A DNA stretch of 64,000 nt, taken from assembly GCF_036321535.1 (NCBI RefSeq), contig NC_087437.1, positions 3,906,001-3,970,000 on the forward strand, written 5' to 3'. Source of the DNA: Camelus dromedarius. Lineage: Eukaryota. The notes beneath the pieces were generated by a model. It made no database searches, was not told the DNA's origin, and worked only from the letters and a program-made list of their open reading frames with translations. This document shows, piece after piece, positions 26,063 through 39,140 of the stretch. The first letter of the stretch is position 1. Every line of letters starts with the position of its first letter. The position numbers were made by a program, and so were the translations under genes.

Positions 26063-26523
26063 AGCAGGACTGTCTAATAAAAATATAGCCTGAGCCACAT
26101 ATGTAATTTGAAGTGATCTGGGGTGGGGGGTATAGCTCAGTGGTAGAGTGCCTGCTTAGCATGCACAAGATCCTGGGTTCAAGACCCAGTACCTCCATTA
26201 AAATAATAATAATTTAAAAAATAACAAATAAACCTAATTATCCCTCCCAATAAAATAATCCGATAGCCACATTTTTTAAAGTAAAAAAAGATTAAATTAA
26301 TTTTATGCTATATAAGATATTTATTTAACCCAATATTTTAAAAATATGATTTCAATATATAATCCAGTATAAACAGGTATCAATGAGTTTTTTAAAAAAT
26401 TCTTTTGGTATTGAGTACTTTAAAAGCTGTGTGTTTTTCACACTTAGGGTGCATCTTAATTTGGAGGAGCCACATTTCAAGTGTGTCAGCTGTGGCTAGT
26501 GGCTACCATGTTGGACAGTGAGG
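26063..26523. mobile_element. MER33-like hAT-Charlie element interrupted by a SINE
   Basis: ctgtctaataaaaatatagcctgagccacatatgtaattt...agccacatttcaagtg...tgtggctagtggctaccatgttggacagtg. Confidence 0.85.
26120..26256 (+). mobile_element. vic-1-like camelid SINE, full length
   Basis: 72-nt tRNA-Ala(AGC)-like head at 26126-26197, followed by the family tail aaataaacctaattatccctcccaa. Confidence 0.92.
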
Positions 26524-27115
26524 TCAAGAAGTTGATTAGATTCAAGTTGAATATTCTTGGTAAGAATGCTTCATGGTTGATATCGTGTACTATTAGTGAT
26601 GCTAAGCTTGATCACCTGAATAAAGGGGTTTTCTGCCAGAGTTTTTCATCATAAAAGGTTAATTTTTCCCTTTCTAACATAAAAAGTAACCTGTAGGTAT
26701 TCTTTGGGCGCAATGAACAGATTTTGTTGCCTCAGAACCTCTTACCCAATGATTTTAGACTCCGTTTTTAACGCTTGTGGTGATTATACGGCAATGATTA
26801 TACTGCAAGTTACAAACATGTAGTTTTCCATAATTCCATTTACATGATTAGCTGGAAATCTTCTACAAAAAGAGAAAACATCTACTATTAACTGGAAGGT
26901 GTTGTTTTTGTTTCCATTAGGGATTCTCTTTGCTCCTTTTCCTTAGGATGCAAGGATTGCCAAGAGTCCATGGGAACACCTCCCGGGTTGGGAAGTGCCC
27001 TGGTGAGGTGAGCAGCCCAGGAGAGGTAGGGGTGAACAGAGACCAGGAATACGGGTGTGTTTGTTAAGGTGAGGCTGATGACTGTAGCAAATAAGTGCTA
27101 ACATTTCACTGGCTT

Positions 27116-27575
27116 GATGAGACGAGATGGGACCTGGGCTGCAGTGCTTCCGCCTGGATGGAACAACAGAACACAATGAAACTATAAGGGACTAAAAATA
27201 ACTGTGCGTGCACAGTTGGGGCAAGTAAGGAATCACAGGATACAAAAAGACCAAAACCCCAACTGCCACTTTAACGTGCCAGGAGCAGAAGCCGGTTACT
27301 GAGCATGATCCCTGCACGATCCCTGCACGCTGCCCCACCAAGGAGGTGGGCAGACCAGCTCAGCCACCCCTCCAGCCCAACCCCTGGACCCATCCCTACC
27401 CTCTCCCCGTGTAAGGGACCAGCACCTCCCCCACCCTCAACTTGGAGCAAGAGCATCTGTTACTTTTCTCTCCTTCCTGCGGCAGCAAGAGTCCCAATAA
27501 GGCCTTGCCTGAATTCCTCCTCTGGCCTCTTACCGATTTCTGTTATTAAGGAGGCCGAGATCCCTGGTCAATACG
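27116..27575 (+). mobile_element. ERV1-type solo LTR (lineage-specific)
   Basis: LTR-like composition; internal repeat GATCCCTGCAC x2; caataaggccttgcctgaattc polyA-signal region; ends uncertain. Confidence 0.65.
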
Positions 27576-27649
27576 CTGAAGACGCAGGTGTTTGCTTTGC
27601 TTGTGTAAAAGCGCTCCGTGGGTATTGCTGTTTAACAGGCGGTCTTCCT

Positions 27650-27960
27650 CCAGGCTGCACCTCAGGGACACAGGCTCCTACCGCTGTGCGACTCTCGCGT
27701 TCCCTAAGGCTTTGAGACCCTGCATCTAGGCTGAAAGGAGAGGAGAGTGGAGAAAGTCACTGTCCTCTTAACTGCCTTGACTCAGAAGGAAACACATCAT
27801 TTCCACATGCACTTCACAGAGCTAGTCCAGTGGCCCCACTTAGATGCAAGGGGAGGGATGGGGTGGGGCTGGAAAATAGAGTTTCTATAGGGCAGCTTTT
27901 TTCCAGAAACATCTATTTTTTTCGTCACTGCCACAATGCAGCTGAGAGGCCACTAGCCAG
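27650..27960 (-). mobile_element. Old MLT1 LTR fragment
   Basis: cagagctagtccagtggccccacttagatgcaagggg...ggctggaaaatagagt. Confidence 0.55.
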
Positions 27961-28464
27961 AGGACAGAGGAGTGTTTGCGGGCGCTTTCTTCTTTTTACT
28001 GCACCAGTGGCAAGCAAATTTTATAATTTTTTATTTACTCTGAAAAGCACCAGGTGAGATTCCTTTTCAAAAGCCTCATTGGTAGCCATGATTGCTATTT
28101 AAAAACAGAAAAAAAGAAAGAAAAGGAAAGAAAACCATAGAGGTGAGTATAGAAGGTATTAAAAATATTTCATGAGTTATTTCACAAAATGTAGTGGTGC
28201 AAAAAAAAATAGATGTGGAGAAAACGCAACAGTAATCTAAATTCAGACAGATTTATTTCATTTCTACACCCTGAGTTCTCTACTGGAGAGATGCTTAAAG
28301 CAATTACATGGTGTTCAGAGTCTGAAATGTAAACATAATCTTTAATTATTATCAGCTAAATAACTGTATGTGTATACTAATTCTAAATGTGTATTTTAGA
28401 CATTCTTTGTCCTAGGTCTCATGACCTTGGCGTTAATGGTCACAAACCTGACAAGGCCACACCT

Positions 28465-29360
28465 ATTGATTCATCAAGTATCTGTTGAATGCCTACAAGA
28501 TGCCAGATACTGCTCTAGGTGTTGAGTAAGAATTACAAAAATATTGTTCTCAGGGGGTTTATGGCCCGGTGGGAAAACAGACATTAAGCAAATAGTTACG
28601 TCCTAAAATTAAATGATCTCAATGATAATAAAGGCTATAAGGAAAAAGTTCAGGGTCCATGAACTTTTTAATATATTATTATATACTGGTGGAAGTTGGC
28701 TGGGGTGGGGGATGCTTTAGGGGAGACTTTTCTGAAGTGTTGCTACTTAATCTGGAACTTGAAAGATAAGCAGATTTTGGCAGTGTGGGCAGGGGTCAGC
28801 TCATGCAGCGTTTTGTAGGCCAAATTAAGGATTTTTAATATTAGCCTAAAAACAAGGGGGAGAATCTGGAAGGATGTAAGCATAGATGTCATAATTATAG
28901 TTGCATTTTAAACAAGATGACTGGAGTAGTAGCCATGTCAGATGTTGAGACAATTTTACAATGATTAAAACACATACTTAAGAAATTTTAAAATACAAAA
29001 AGACCCAGAAGAAATCATGGGAGAAGTATAAAAAATAATATTGTGGGGGTGAAATGCCTTTTCTGAGTAGGTTTCAAAGTCCAGACATCACAACAATGAT
29101 GGTGGTTTGGCTTAGGCCCTGGTTTGGCTTAGATGGCAGTGCGTGGCTTCAGAGCACATTTAGGGGTGGAATTAGCAAGAGCAGGTGATTATCGAGTGGG
29201 GTCACTGAAGGAAAGAGAGAGTAGAAGGATGCTGAGGACAGTCTAAGGATTTCCTAATCTGTAGTTTGAGGAATCCAGTGGGTAGCAGTGCTGTCTACTG
29301 AAACGGGGAAGAATGGACAAGAGGATGTTGTTGGGATGAAAAACAAAAATCAGCTCTGGA
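28465..29360 (-). mobile_element. Fragmented L2
   Basis: tcatcaagtatctgttgaatgcctacaagatgccagatactgctctagg...ttgtaggccaaattaaggatttt...gtctaaggatttcctaatc. Confidence 0.7.
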
Positions 29361-29364
29361 TTAA

Positions 29365-30330
29365 AAAATTTTGTTTCAAAAGACACCAATAAGAAAGTGA
29401 AAAGACAACACAGAGAAAAACCATTTTCAAATCTGAAAGGGACTTGTATCCAAAATATATAAAAATTCTTAAACTCAATAATAAAAAGATGACCCGATTG
29501 GAAAATGGGTAAAGGATTTGAATAGATATTACTCCAAAAAGATGTACAAAATAGCAGTGAGGACGTGAAAAGTTGCTCAACATCATTAGTCATTAGGAAA
29601 ACACAAATAAAAACCACAATGAGATACTACTTCACACCCAAGAGGTGGCTATAATTATAAAGATAGATAATAACACGTGCCATTGAGGATTTGGAGAAAC
29701 TGGAGTCCTCATAAATTGCTGGCAGGAATGTAAAATGGTACAACAACTTTGGAAAACAGTTTGGCAGTTTCTCAGCATGTTAAACATAGAGTTACCATGT
29801 GACTCCACAAATCACTCACTTATTGAAGAGGAGTGGAAACATATGACTACTCAAAGCCTTACACATGAATATTCACAGCAGCATTATTCGTAATAGTCAA
29901 AAAGTGGAAACCCCCAAATGTTTATCACGGAATGAATGGATGAACAAAATGTGGAATATCCATACACTAGAATATTTGGCAATAAAAAGAAATGGAATGC
30001 TGATATGAGCCACAGCAAGGATAATCCTCAAAATTACGTGAAATGAAAGCAGTCTCAAAGACCACGTGTTGTTTACCGTTTATAGGAAATGTCCAGAACA
30101 GACAACAGAAAAGCGGATTAGTGACTGCCTGGGGGTTCCAACGGGAGGAGCAATGGGGTGGATGGGGAGTGACTGCTAATAGTTACAGGGTTTCATTTTG
30201 GGGCTCAGGAAACTGTTTTAAAATTAGATTATAGGGATGATAGCACTAAAATGTGTGAAACCCCATTGATTTGTGTATTTTAAACAGGTGAACTTAATAG
30301 TATGCAAATTATATCTCTATTAAGCTCTTA
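29365..30330 (+). mobile_element. L1MB-like 3' region, ending just upstream of the PIK3R4 CpG island
   Basis: aaaccacaatgagatactacttcacacc...ggtacaacaactttggaaaacagtttggcagtttc...tatgcaaattatatctc. Confidence 0.88.
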
Positions 30331-30429
30331 CACAATTTGACCTGGGATGTATTAAATTTCCTAAATAAGCCTGTGAATTCTCTTAACTCTGTTCTAGTGT
30401 CCTTGGGTGAAGGGCGTCTGAGCAGGTCT

Positions 30430-31110
30430 CGGAGATGTCGGAAAGCTTCAGAGTTTGGAATCAGCGACAAGAGCAGGATGGCGAACAGTCTACGGTCAGA
30501 GCGTCTTTCTTCCTTCGGGCGCCCGCCGCGAGGCCACGCCCCTTCGTTTCCTAGCAACCAGCTCCAAACTCGCGCTCTTCCTCAAGCCTGGCGGCGTCGT
30601 CACTTCCGCCCGCGACAGGAAGTGAGGTCAGAGCCGGCGGCTTTCCCGGGAGCTCGGTGTTTGGGGCGTCTGCAGCAGCGAGAGCGGCGGCTCTTCCCTG
30701 GAACTGTCTCCGTCCCTGCCTTCCAGGATCCGCCGGCCCGCGGGTGGGGAGGCCCTCGAGGAGTCGGAGTGCCTCGAGGGCCAGGTCCACGCGAGAGGAG
30801 GGCGAGGCCCGGGATCCCGTGGCCGACGGGGCGGAGGAGGGGCCGGCATCTCCTCAGCTGTGTCCGCTGCGGCCCGGGAGCTTCCTCGCCTCCCCGCGGA
30901 CCACCGGGGTCCTGGAGCCTGGACCTCTCCGCGTCCCTTCCCCGGGATCCCACCTCCTGCCTTTGAAGAGGGCTCTCGTGGAGGAGACGCGCCCGGCTGC
31001 CGACTCCCTTCCCGGCCCAGAACCCGCCAGGACCTCAGGGCGAGGTAGCGGTCGACTTGCAACACATCCCAGAGTCCCAGGGTAAATGTTCGCACGTGTG
31101 CATGGCCGTG
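30430..31110. promoter_or_regulatory. PIK3R4: CpG-island promoter of PIK3R4
   Basis: Only dense CpG/GC-rich block in the window, ~700 bp upstream of the first coding exon. Opposed ETS/GABPA-type motifs CACTTCCG (30601-30608) and CAGGAAGTG (30616-30624); GC box GGGGCGG near 30828; no obvious TATA box. Confidence 0.9.
30600..31044 (+). other. PIK3R4: PIK3R4 exon 1 (non-coding 5' UTR; both boundaries inferred)
   Basis: Exon 2 has a strong acceptor upstream of its ATG, so an earlier exon is needed. Candidate donor GAG|GTAGCG after 31044; alternative AGG|GTAAAT after 31081. TSS approximated from the ETS motifs. Confidence 0.6.
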
Positions 31111-31806
31111 TGTCCGTTTTGTTTTTATGTTCTGCAGAGGCTGAGCCCGGAGAATCCTGGGCTCTGTTTGTCCAGCGTGTGTTTTGGTATACTTTTCTTT
31201 AACAGCTCTGCCAGGGTTTCTTCCCTGTCGCTGTTGCAAATCAAGAAACTCTGTGACTTCTGTGAGCTGAGTGGGAAGGCACACTAGAGTTAGGCTGGAA
31301 GGGCCAGGATATGCTGGCCTTTTGGAGTTTTGTAGCCTGACCTATTTATACTAGGCGACTCTTGGTCAGGTTTACGTTTTTAATGTGCCTGGGTTTATAT
31401 TCGAGAGCACAAGTTCTTGGACAGAGACTGTCATGTAGTACTTTTGTGACTCTTAGAGCCCTGAGCACAATACTGAGCACATAGTAAAGGCTCATTAAAT
31501 TTTAAATTTAAAGACCAGAAAATACACATTCTGGTATTTTCAAGTTAATATTGAAAGGGACTGCTTAAATATAGGTCAGCTTCTGGAAAGGGCAAGGTAA
31601 AATAAGATGTTTTTAGATAAATATGTCTGAAATTTACAGGCTTCTAGAAGGCTAAGTGCAGTGCTGTCAGTGGAAGAGAAATACGGTGCATCTTTTAGGA
31701 AGAGCCCACGTAAATAGTGGTGTTTCATTGCTTGTTTATTTTTTTTTCCCTTTCTCTTTTTCTCCTCCCTCCCCCCTTCCTCTCCCCACTTTTTTTTTTT
31801 AAATAG

Positions 31807-32586
<780 letters not shown>

Positions 32587-32774
32587 TGAGTTGGGCACAT
32601 TTGCTGCCAGGGGAGTGCGCATTTATTTTAACTCTTGAACATAGAGATGTAGCTTCTTTTTAATCCCTGTTTGCTGAAAACTTAACTTTTTGATAAATCC
32701 TCATACACTGTTCAGGTAGATGCAGCATTTGTTCACTGGACGTGATTAAGTACCTAGAAAATGCAAAGAGTGGT

Positions 32775-33780
32775 CCACTCATTCAGATGCTTAACTGTTT
32801 GAATTCTTGCCTTTTGTATGTGTCCACTGTCGTAAGCACTGGAGATGTGGGTGGATGGTTATGTTTCTCTTTTCAGGGTGCTTACACTTTAATGGGGAGC
32901 TAGGTGTGATAACGAAAAAAGACATTGTTCAGTGCTCTGTGACTTGTGGTGGTGGTAAGCATAGGGTGTGTTACAGAAACGTACGGACACTTAAGTTAGT
33001 CTCCAAGGCGGTGACAGCAGGACCAGGAAGGCGTCTTTGTTGGAAGGATGATGTTTAAACTGGGACCTGAAAGTGAGAGCAGCAGTCATAAGGGTAGTTT
33101 GTTTCAGGCAGAGGGTGTTGCTTCACGGAGATTTGAAGACCAGAATGTAATGCCCTGATGCCTTAGGTCACTTTAAGTAATTCAGTACATCTGGAATGTA
33201 GTGTGTGAAGTAAGCAAGGCCCAGGTAGGAAGGGGTCTGGCCTGCCGTGCTCGTCTATGGGGAAGTTATTGATAGGTGCTTTAGACCAGACACTGGAGCG
33301 CAGAGAGTGGATTGCAGAGGGGCTGCACTCGAGACGGACGGGAAAAATGGCTACTCATCAGCCGCCACAGTCCAGATGCCTTGACCCTTACTGGTTTTAA
33401 GTTGTGCCAGTTGGAGGTGGGGGTGGAGAGAAGTAATGCTTCAGAGATAATTAGTGGGTGGAGTTGTTAGGATTCGGTGACCGGAGGATCAGGAACGCTG
33501 CTTTTCCTTCCCCAGTTTGGCTTGGGGAGCTGGGGAGATGATACCAGTCAGTGAGATGGGAGACACGGGAGGAAGAACAGGCGAGGGTGGGAAGTTGCTG
33601 AGGTCGGTACTGGACGCGGAGTAGGAGGTGTGTGGGACCCGCAGGGGAAGATGCGCAGCAGGGAGTTGGTTACAAAGGTTTGATGCCTAGAGGGGTGGGG
33701 TGGGGATTTGGTAGTTATCAGGACTCAGCTACTGTAGCCAAGGGAATGAGTTCATAGCCAGGAAGGGTATGTGGAGAAGT
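32775..33780 (-). mobile_element. Fragmented L2 (intron 2)
   Basis: cactcattcagatgcttaactg...gataccagtcagtgagatgggagacacgggaggaagaacagg. Confidence 0.65.
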
Positions 33781-34304
33781 GATTCTTAAGCTTTTTTGAG
33801 TCCCCTTGAATACTTTAATGAAACCGGTGACCTCCTTCCTTGGGAAAAAGTGTTGTACATTCATATACTTTATTTGACATCCACAGAGCACAGGAAGCTT
33901 GGTCATGTGTTCTAGGTTATCTGTGAACTTCTGGGAAGAGGTGGGCTGAGGCTGGTACCTGGAGGAATGCCGTATGAACTCAGGTATCAGTGCCATTTTT
34001 TGGGTAAAATTTCCGAAGGTTGGCTTTAATCTTTTTCTCGCCTGTAGGTTTCCTACAAAGAAAACTGAGCTGTATTTTAGATTATTTAGGAAAAGTTAAC
34101 ATGATTAATGGAGAAGTGTATTTCATCTAGGGGAAGGAGTGAGAATTGTTACACGGGATGGTACCTCTGTTGATCTGTTCAGCTCGCTAATCTGTGTCCC
34201 CGGGTAATGCTGAGAGAGGTATTTTTGATGAGATGGTTAGCCTCCAGGTTGTAAATATAACAATATGAGAAATATAATTCATCAAAGTCCCAACTTGATC
34301 AGTG

Positions 34305-34659
34305 TGTTACCAGGAAAAGGAAAATAAGAATTACCTCAGTTGTTAGTCACCCGAAAAAAAGACTTGATGAGAGACAGAAAGTGTGATATAAACAAGATTT
34401 TTATTAGTGAAGTGAAAAAGTAAGAGATAGTGCGCTCCCGAGAATTGGGAGCAGGCCAACCAAGAGAGGAAAAATGGCGCTGTTCCCCCATTTTTCCTGT
34501 TTTTATATTCTGGTTTCATGATTGACTGATTGATTGATTGACAACTCAGGTTCCCTGTGCTCTGGTTGATTGACAGCTCAGGTTCCTTGTGGTCTGAATT
34601 GTTCCTTTCCCCTTCCTCTCCCCCTGCCCAGTGCTCATTTCTATCTAAACTACCTAACA
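34305..34659 (-). mobile_element. Young ERV solo LTR (intron 2)
   Basis: TGTTA...TAACA ends; perfect 4-bp TSD AGTG (34301-34304 and 34660-34663); AATAAA on the minus strand near 34400; internal direct repeats. Confidence 0.9.
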
Positions 34660-34779
34660 AGTGAATTTATCTAAATTTTTCTTGAACCATTTTATGTTTT
34701 AAAGTTACTGTTCTGTAAATAGGACTCCTCTGGCTTAGAAATGTGATTGCTTTTTAGCTTCAGGGATCATTTATAGCTT

Positions 34780-35030
34780 TTAAAAAAATTGAGGTGTAAC
34801 TGACATATAACACTAGATTCAGGTGTACAACACAACACAATGAGTTGACATTTGTATATATTGTGGAATGATCACTACAAGTCTAGTTAACATCTATCAT
34901 CGTACATAGTTACAAATTTTTTTTTCTTGTGGGTGAAAACTTTTGAAATCTACTCTCTTAGCAACTATAGTTACCATCCTGTGCATTACATCCCCCTGAC
35001 TTATTTATTTTATAACTGGAAGTTAATTAT
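34780..35030 (-). mobile_element. L1MA9-like 3' terminal fragment
   Basis: aattgaggtgtaactgacatataacac...aaatctactctcttagcaact; similar to 18625-18850 and 45000-45265. Confidence 0.8.
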
Positions 35031-35751
35031 AGTTTTGAAATTTTAGGGGTTAATGCCTTTCTGTGCATTATAGTTTTGTAAACGTCAACAAAATTCTTAC
35101 TCAGTGTTTGTTTTTCCAGACTAAAGAACTTTACGTTGTTCTGGCTAAAAGACAGGCCGTTTTATTTCTTTGAAAGAGGTAGGTGGGATCTATCCACCTC
35201 CACAGTTCCTAAGATTTGATTGAGGTCCTTGGGTTTTGAGTGTGACTTTTCCGCATTTTAATGCATGTCCATGGTTCCTGGTGCTAGTTTGGGAGACGGG
35301 TATATACGCTCTGTCTCTGGTCACACGTATGGGCAGAGCCTTTTTGCTGGAGCTCTTTCCCTCCTTCACTGGACAGACACTGGAGTCTCTGTTGTGTGTA
35401 AGGCACTGTGCCCTCTAGGTGCCGGGAGCGCAGCTGTGAACAAGACGGTCAGAGCATCTGCACTTGGGAGTTTGCTTTTTCTAAGGTCGTGGGGAGACTA
35501 AAAAGTGAGAAAGTTAATTTCGGTTGGTGCTAAATGCTGTGATGAAGTGAGTGACAAGGGCTGGTGGGGACTACTTGACATAGGAGAAAGGCTTCCCCAG
35601 AAGGTGACACGGAGCTGAGATCCAGTGACAAAGGACTCAGTGCTGATAAAGGCAGTGTGGACGAATTGTTCCACAGGGAAGTACCATCCTGTAACACCTC
35701 TCCGGAGTACCATTTTGAAAGGTGCAAGGAAAAAAACCCTATGTTTACCTC

Positions 35752-36133
35752 TGTGTTAGTTTACTAGAGCTGCTGTGATGAAACACTCCACACTAGGTAG
35801 CTTAAACAAAAATGTATTGTCCCTCAGTCTGGAAAGTTCCCTCAGAGCCTGGAAGTCCAAGGTCAAGGTTGATTTCCCAAGGCCTCTCTCCTTGACTTGC
35901 AGGTGACCACCTTCTTGGTATATCCTTACGCCGACTTTTCCCTGGTGTCCTTCCTCTCATGAGGACACCAGTCATCATCGGTCAGGGCCCCACCCTTGTG
36001 GCCTCGTTTTACCTTAATTACCTCTTTAAAGGCACTCTCCAGGTAGTCACGTCTAAGGTACTGCGTTAGGGCTTCAGCCTGTGAATTTGGGGGTGTAGGG
36101 GGAGGTGGTGAGGGACATAGTTCAGTCCATAGT
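35752..36133 (-). mobile_element. MLT1A-like MaLR solo LTR
   Basis: tgtgttagtttactagagctgctgtgatgaaac...gaggacaccagtcat...accttaattacctctttaaagg...gacatagttcagtccata. Confidence 0.88.
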
Positions 36134-36179
36134 CTCCATTTTGTTGTAAATAGTCATTCTTTCTGACTTTTTACAGTAG

Positions 36180-38680
36180 TCAGAAATACTTTCGAACCTA
36201 GAAACTTTAAAAACCTGCAAAAAATAAAAAGAGTATGTTGAACACCCATAAGTCCTTTACCCAAATTCACCTGTTGTTAACATTTTGTTCCAATTGCTTT
36301 ATCACTTATACTCCTGCCCCACACTCCATCCCCCCTCCCGATTTTTTCCTCAGTAAGTTATATACCTCAATGGCCCTTTGCCCTAAATACTTTAGTCTGT
36401 GTTTCTTAAGATCCGGGTTGGTCTCTTACATAATACTTAGGTCACTGTATGTTACTGTTATAACTGCAGCGAATGTAACATTGATACAGTAGTTTACACT
36501 TTTTATTCTAATTTTGTATTTGACCCAGTAATGTCCTTTTTAGCATTTTACCGGCTCCAGGACAGGACCCAGTCTAGGGTCAGGTATTGCTTTTAGTAGT
36601 CGTGTCTCTTTAGCTGCCTCTGAGCATTTCCACAGCCTTTCTTTGTTATGACATTGACACTTTTTGGAGAATACTTCTCCCCTTAAATTTTTAAAAATTA
36701 TTTTTGTACTTTTTATGGAAAATAATAGAATTCCAGTAAGTTGCAAAAATAGTGAAGAACCCTTCACCCAGCTTCCCCCAGTAGTGACGTCTTACATGAC
36801 AGTAGTGGCATTCAGAATCAGGAGTTGACGTTGGTGTATTACTGTTAGACTATAGACCTTGTTCAGTTTTCACCAGCTCTTAACCTGCATTGTGTGTATG
36901 TGTGTGCGCGTGCATGTGTGCGCTCTCCCTTGCTCAGCCTCACCTCTTTGTTTTTCAGTAGAAGGGTCCTCATTTTGGGTGTATCTGCTGTTTCCTTGTG
37001 ATTAGATTCAGCTTGTTAATTCTCAATAGGGATCCTGCACAGCTGAGGATGTCTTCACAGTATTGTATCTGGAGGCAAATGGTGTCTATTGGTGATGTTA
37101 TTTATTTATTTATTTATTTTTGGAGTGGGGAGGTAGTTTGGTCGGTTTATTGATGTGTTTAACGGAGGGACCGGGGATTGCACACAGGACCTCTTGCATG
37201 CTGAGCACTTAACTCCCTCTACCACTGATATACCCTCCCCCGGCTGATGTTAACTTTGATCACTGGTTCAAGATCTTGCCCAGTTTCTCCCCTCTATAGT
37301 TACTTTTTGTGTTTTTAATCCCTTGCCACAATAAGCATCCTGTGGGAAGAAACTTTAAGACCATACAAATATCCTGCCAGTCCTCAGTTTCCCCTTTGAT
37401 CTGGCATCTGTTGGTAATTCTCGTCTGATCCAGTGTTTACTGTGACGGTTGCAAAGTGATGCTTTCCCACCATCAACACTTCCTCCATGTTCACCAGGGG
37501 GCCCGCAGCATTCTCTTGTACTGAGGTGCTCCCTATTTCCCCACATTTATTTACCGGTTATTGGTATGGACTCTAATTCCTGCTCTCAGTTTGCTAATAT
37601 TTTTGGGAAGATTTTTATCTGTATTCATCAGCAATACTGGTCTATAGTCTGCTTGTGATGTCTTTGTCTAGTTTGTTATCAGGGTAATATTGGCCTTGTA
37701 GAATAATTTAGAAAGTGTTCCCTCCAGTCCTGTTTTTTGGGAGAATTTGTCAAGAATGGGTGTTAATTATTTTAATGTTCGACAGAATTCACCTGAATTG
37801 ACAATTCATCTTGGTTTAGGCTTTTCTTTGTGAAAGTTTTTCATTACTAATTCAATGTCTTTATATAAGGTCTGTTCAGATTTTCCATTTCTTTTTAAGT
37901 CAGCTTTGGTAATCTGTATCTTTCTAGGAATTTGCCCATTTCATTTAGTTCATTTAATTTTTTGGCATACAATTGTTTACTATATTCCTGTATAATTCTT
38001 TTCATTTCTGTGAAGTTGATAGTGATGTTCCTTTTTTCATACCTGTTTTAGTAGTCTGAGTCATCTCTTAGTAAAAGTTTGTGAGTTTTGTTGAGCTTTT
38101 CAAAGAAACAACTTTTGGTTTTGTTGATGTTCTCTGTTGTGTTGTTTTATTCTCTATCATAAAATTTTCACCCAATCTCTGTCATTCCCTTCCTTCTTTT
38201 TGCTTTGGTTTTAGTTTACTTTTCTTATTTCTCAGTTACTGTTTTGAGCTCTTGTTTTTTATATTAAAAAAGAAAGAATGTGTTCATAGTTAAACATTTC
38301 CTCTAAATACTGCTTTAGTTGCATCCCACACATTTTTGTGTGTTGCTTTTATTTTCATTTATCTCAAAGTCTTTTCTAATTTCCCTTTGATCATTGGTTG
38401 TTTATGAGTGTTTTTAACTTCTACATATTTGCAAGTTTTTCACATTTTCTTCTGTTACTGATTTGTTTCATTCCACTGTGATTTGAAGGACATAATTTGT
38501 ATGATTTTTAGTCCTTTTAAACTCATGGAAGCTTGTTTTACGGCCTAGCGTATGGTTTCACCTGGAGAGTTTCTACGTGTGCTTGAGGAGAACTTTGTGT
38601 TCCGTTGTTGAGTGAAGAGGTCCTTTGATGTCTGTTAGATCTGGTTTATGGTATTGTTCAGTTCTTCTATTTTTACTTGC
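36180..38680 (-). mobile_element. Cluster of old L1M fragments (3' ends and ORF2 remnants)
   Basis: caggacccagtctagggtcaggtattgc...; ttatcagggtaatattggccttgtagaat...; ttttcaaagaaacaacttttggttttg. Confidence 0.75.
37101..37241 (-). mobile_element. vic-1-like camelid SINE
   Basis: (TTTA)n tail and reverse tRNA head; TSD TGATGTTA at 37093-37100 and 37245-37252. Confidence 0.85.
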
Positions 38681-38749
38681 TTATGGTGTTCTTAATAGCC
38701 GTTTTTAGTTTTTATTCTAAAACTTGGCACTGTATGGGTAGAAATTAAT

Positions 38750-39140
38750 TTAAGAAATTTATTGAATGTTTATGTGTCAGGAACTGAGTTACTGGAGATT
38801 CTTCAGTGAACAAAATGGACAAAAATCTCTTCTTTATGGAGTTTGCATTCTAGTGGGTGTATGGACAATAAAGAAATAAATGCATACAATATATCCTATG
38901 CATTTGGTGCTGTGGGGAAAAACAGCCAGGAAAGCGGGGGAGTGTGCTAGGCAGCAAGGGTTGGGTGGTGGGGCTTGTAATTTTAACCTGGGCTGTTGAG
39001 AAATGCCTTATTGCTGAGCCGACATTTGATTAAAGATGAAAGGAGGTGGGGTGTCCGCTGTGAGGATACTTGGTGGGGGGGGGGGGACAGCACTCCAGGC
39101 AGAGGGACCAGCAGATGCAGAGGCCATGAGCTCAGGTTGT
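38750..39140 (-). mobile_element. L2 fragment
   Basis: atttattgaatgtttatgtgtcaggaactg...gcactccaggcagagggaccagcagatgcagaggcc. Confidence 0.75.

Larger units (their letters stand above)
25760..26890 (-). mobile_element. L1MC4/5-like 3' fragment hosting MER33
   Basis: gttgattagattcaagttgaatattcttggtaagaat...tattagtgatgctaagcttgatcacctg. Confidence 0.65.

Noticed and set aside
26126..26197. 72-nt tRNA-Ala(AGC)-like sequence (also ~24230-24300)
   Set aside because: The anticodon stem has two mismatches (CCTGC/GCACA) and the T loop is altered. It carries the SINE tail and is inserted in a MER33, so it is a SINE head, not a tRNA gene.
30337..31284. Overlapping long ORFs on both strands (209, 218, 142 and 117 aa)
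   Set aside because: Pro/Arg/Gly-rich ORFs, largely with non-ATG starts, arising from stop-codon scarcity in the CpG island; no recognisable homology.
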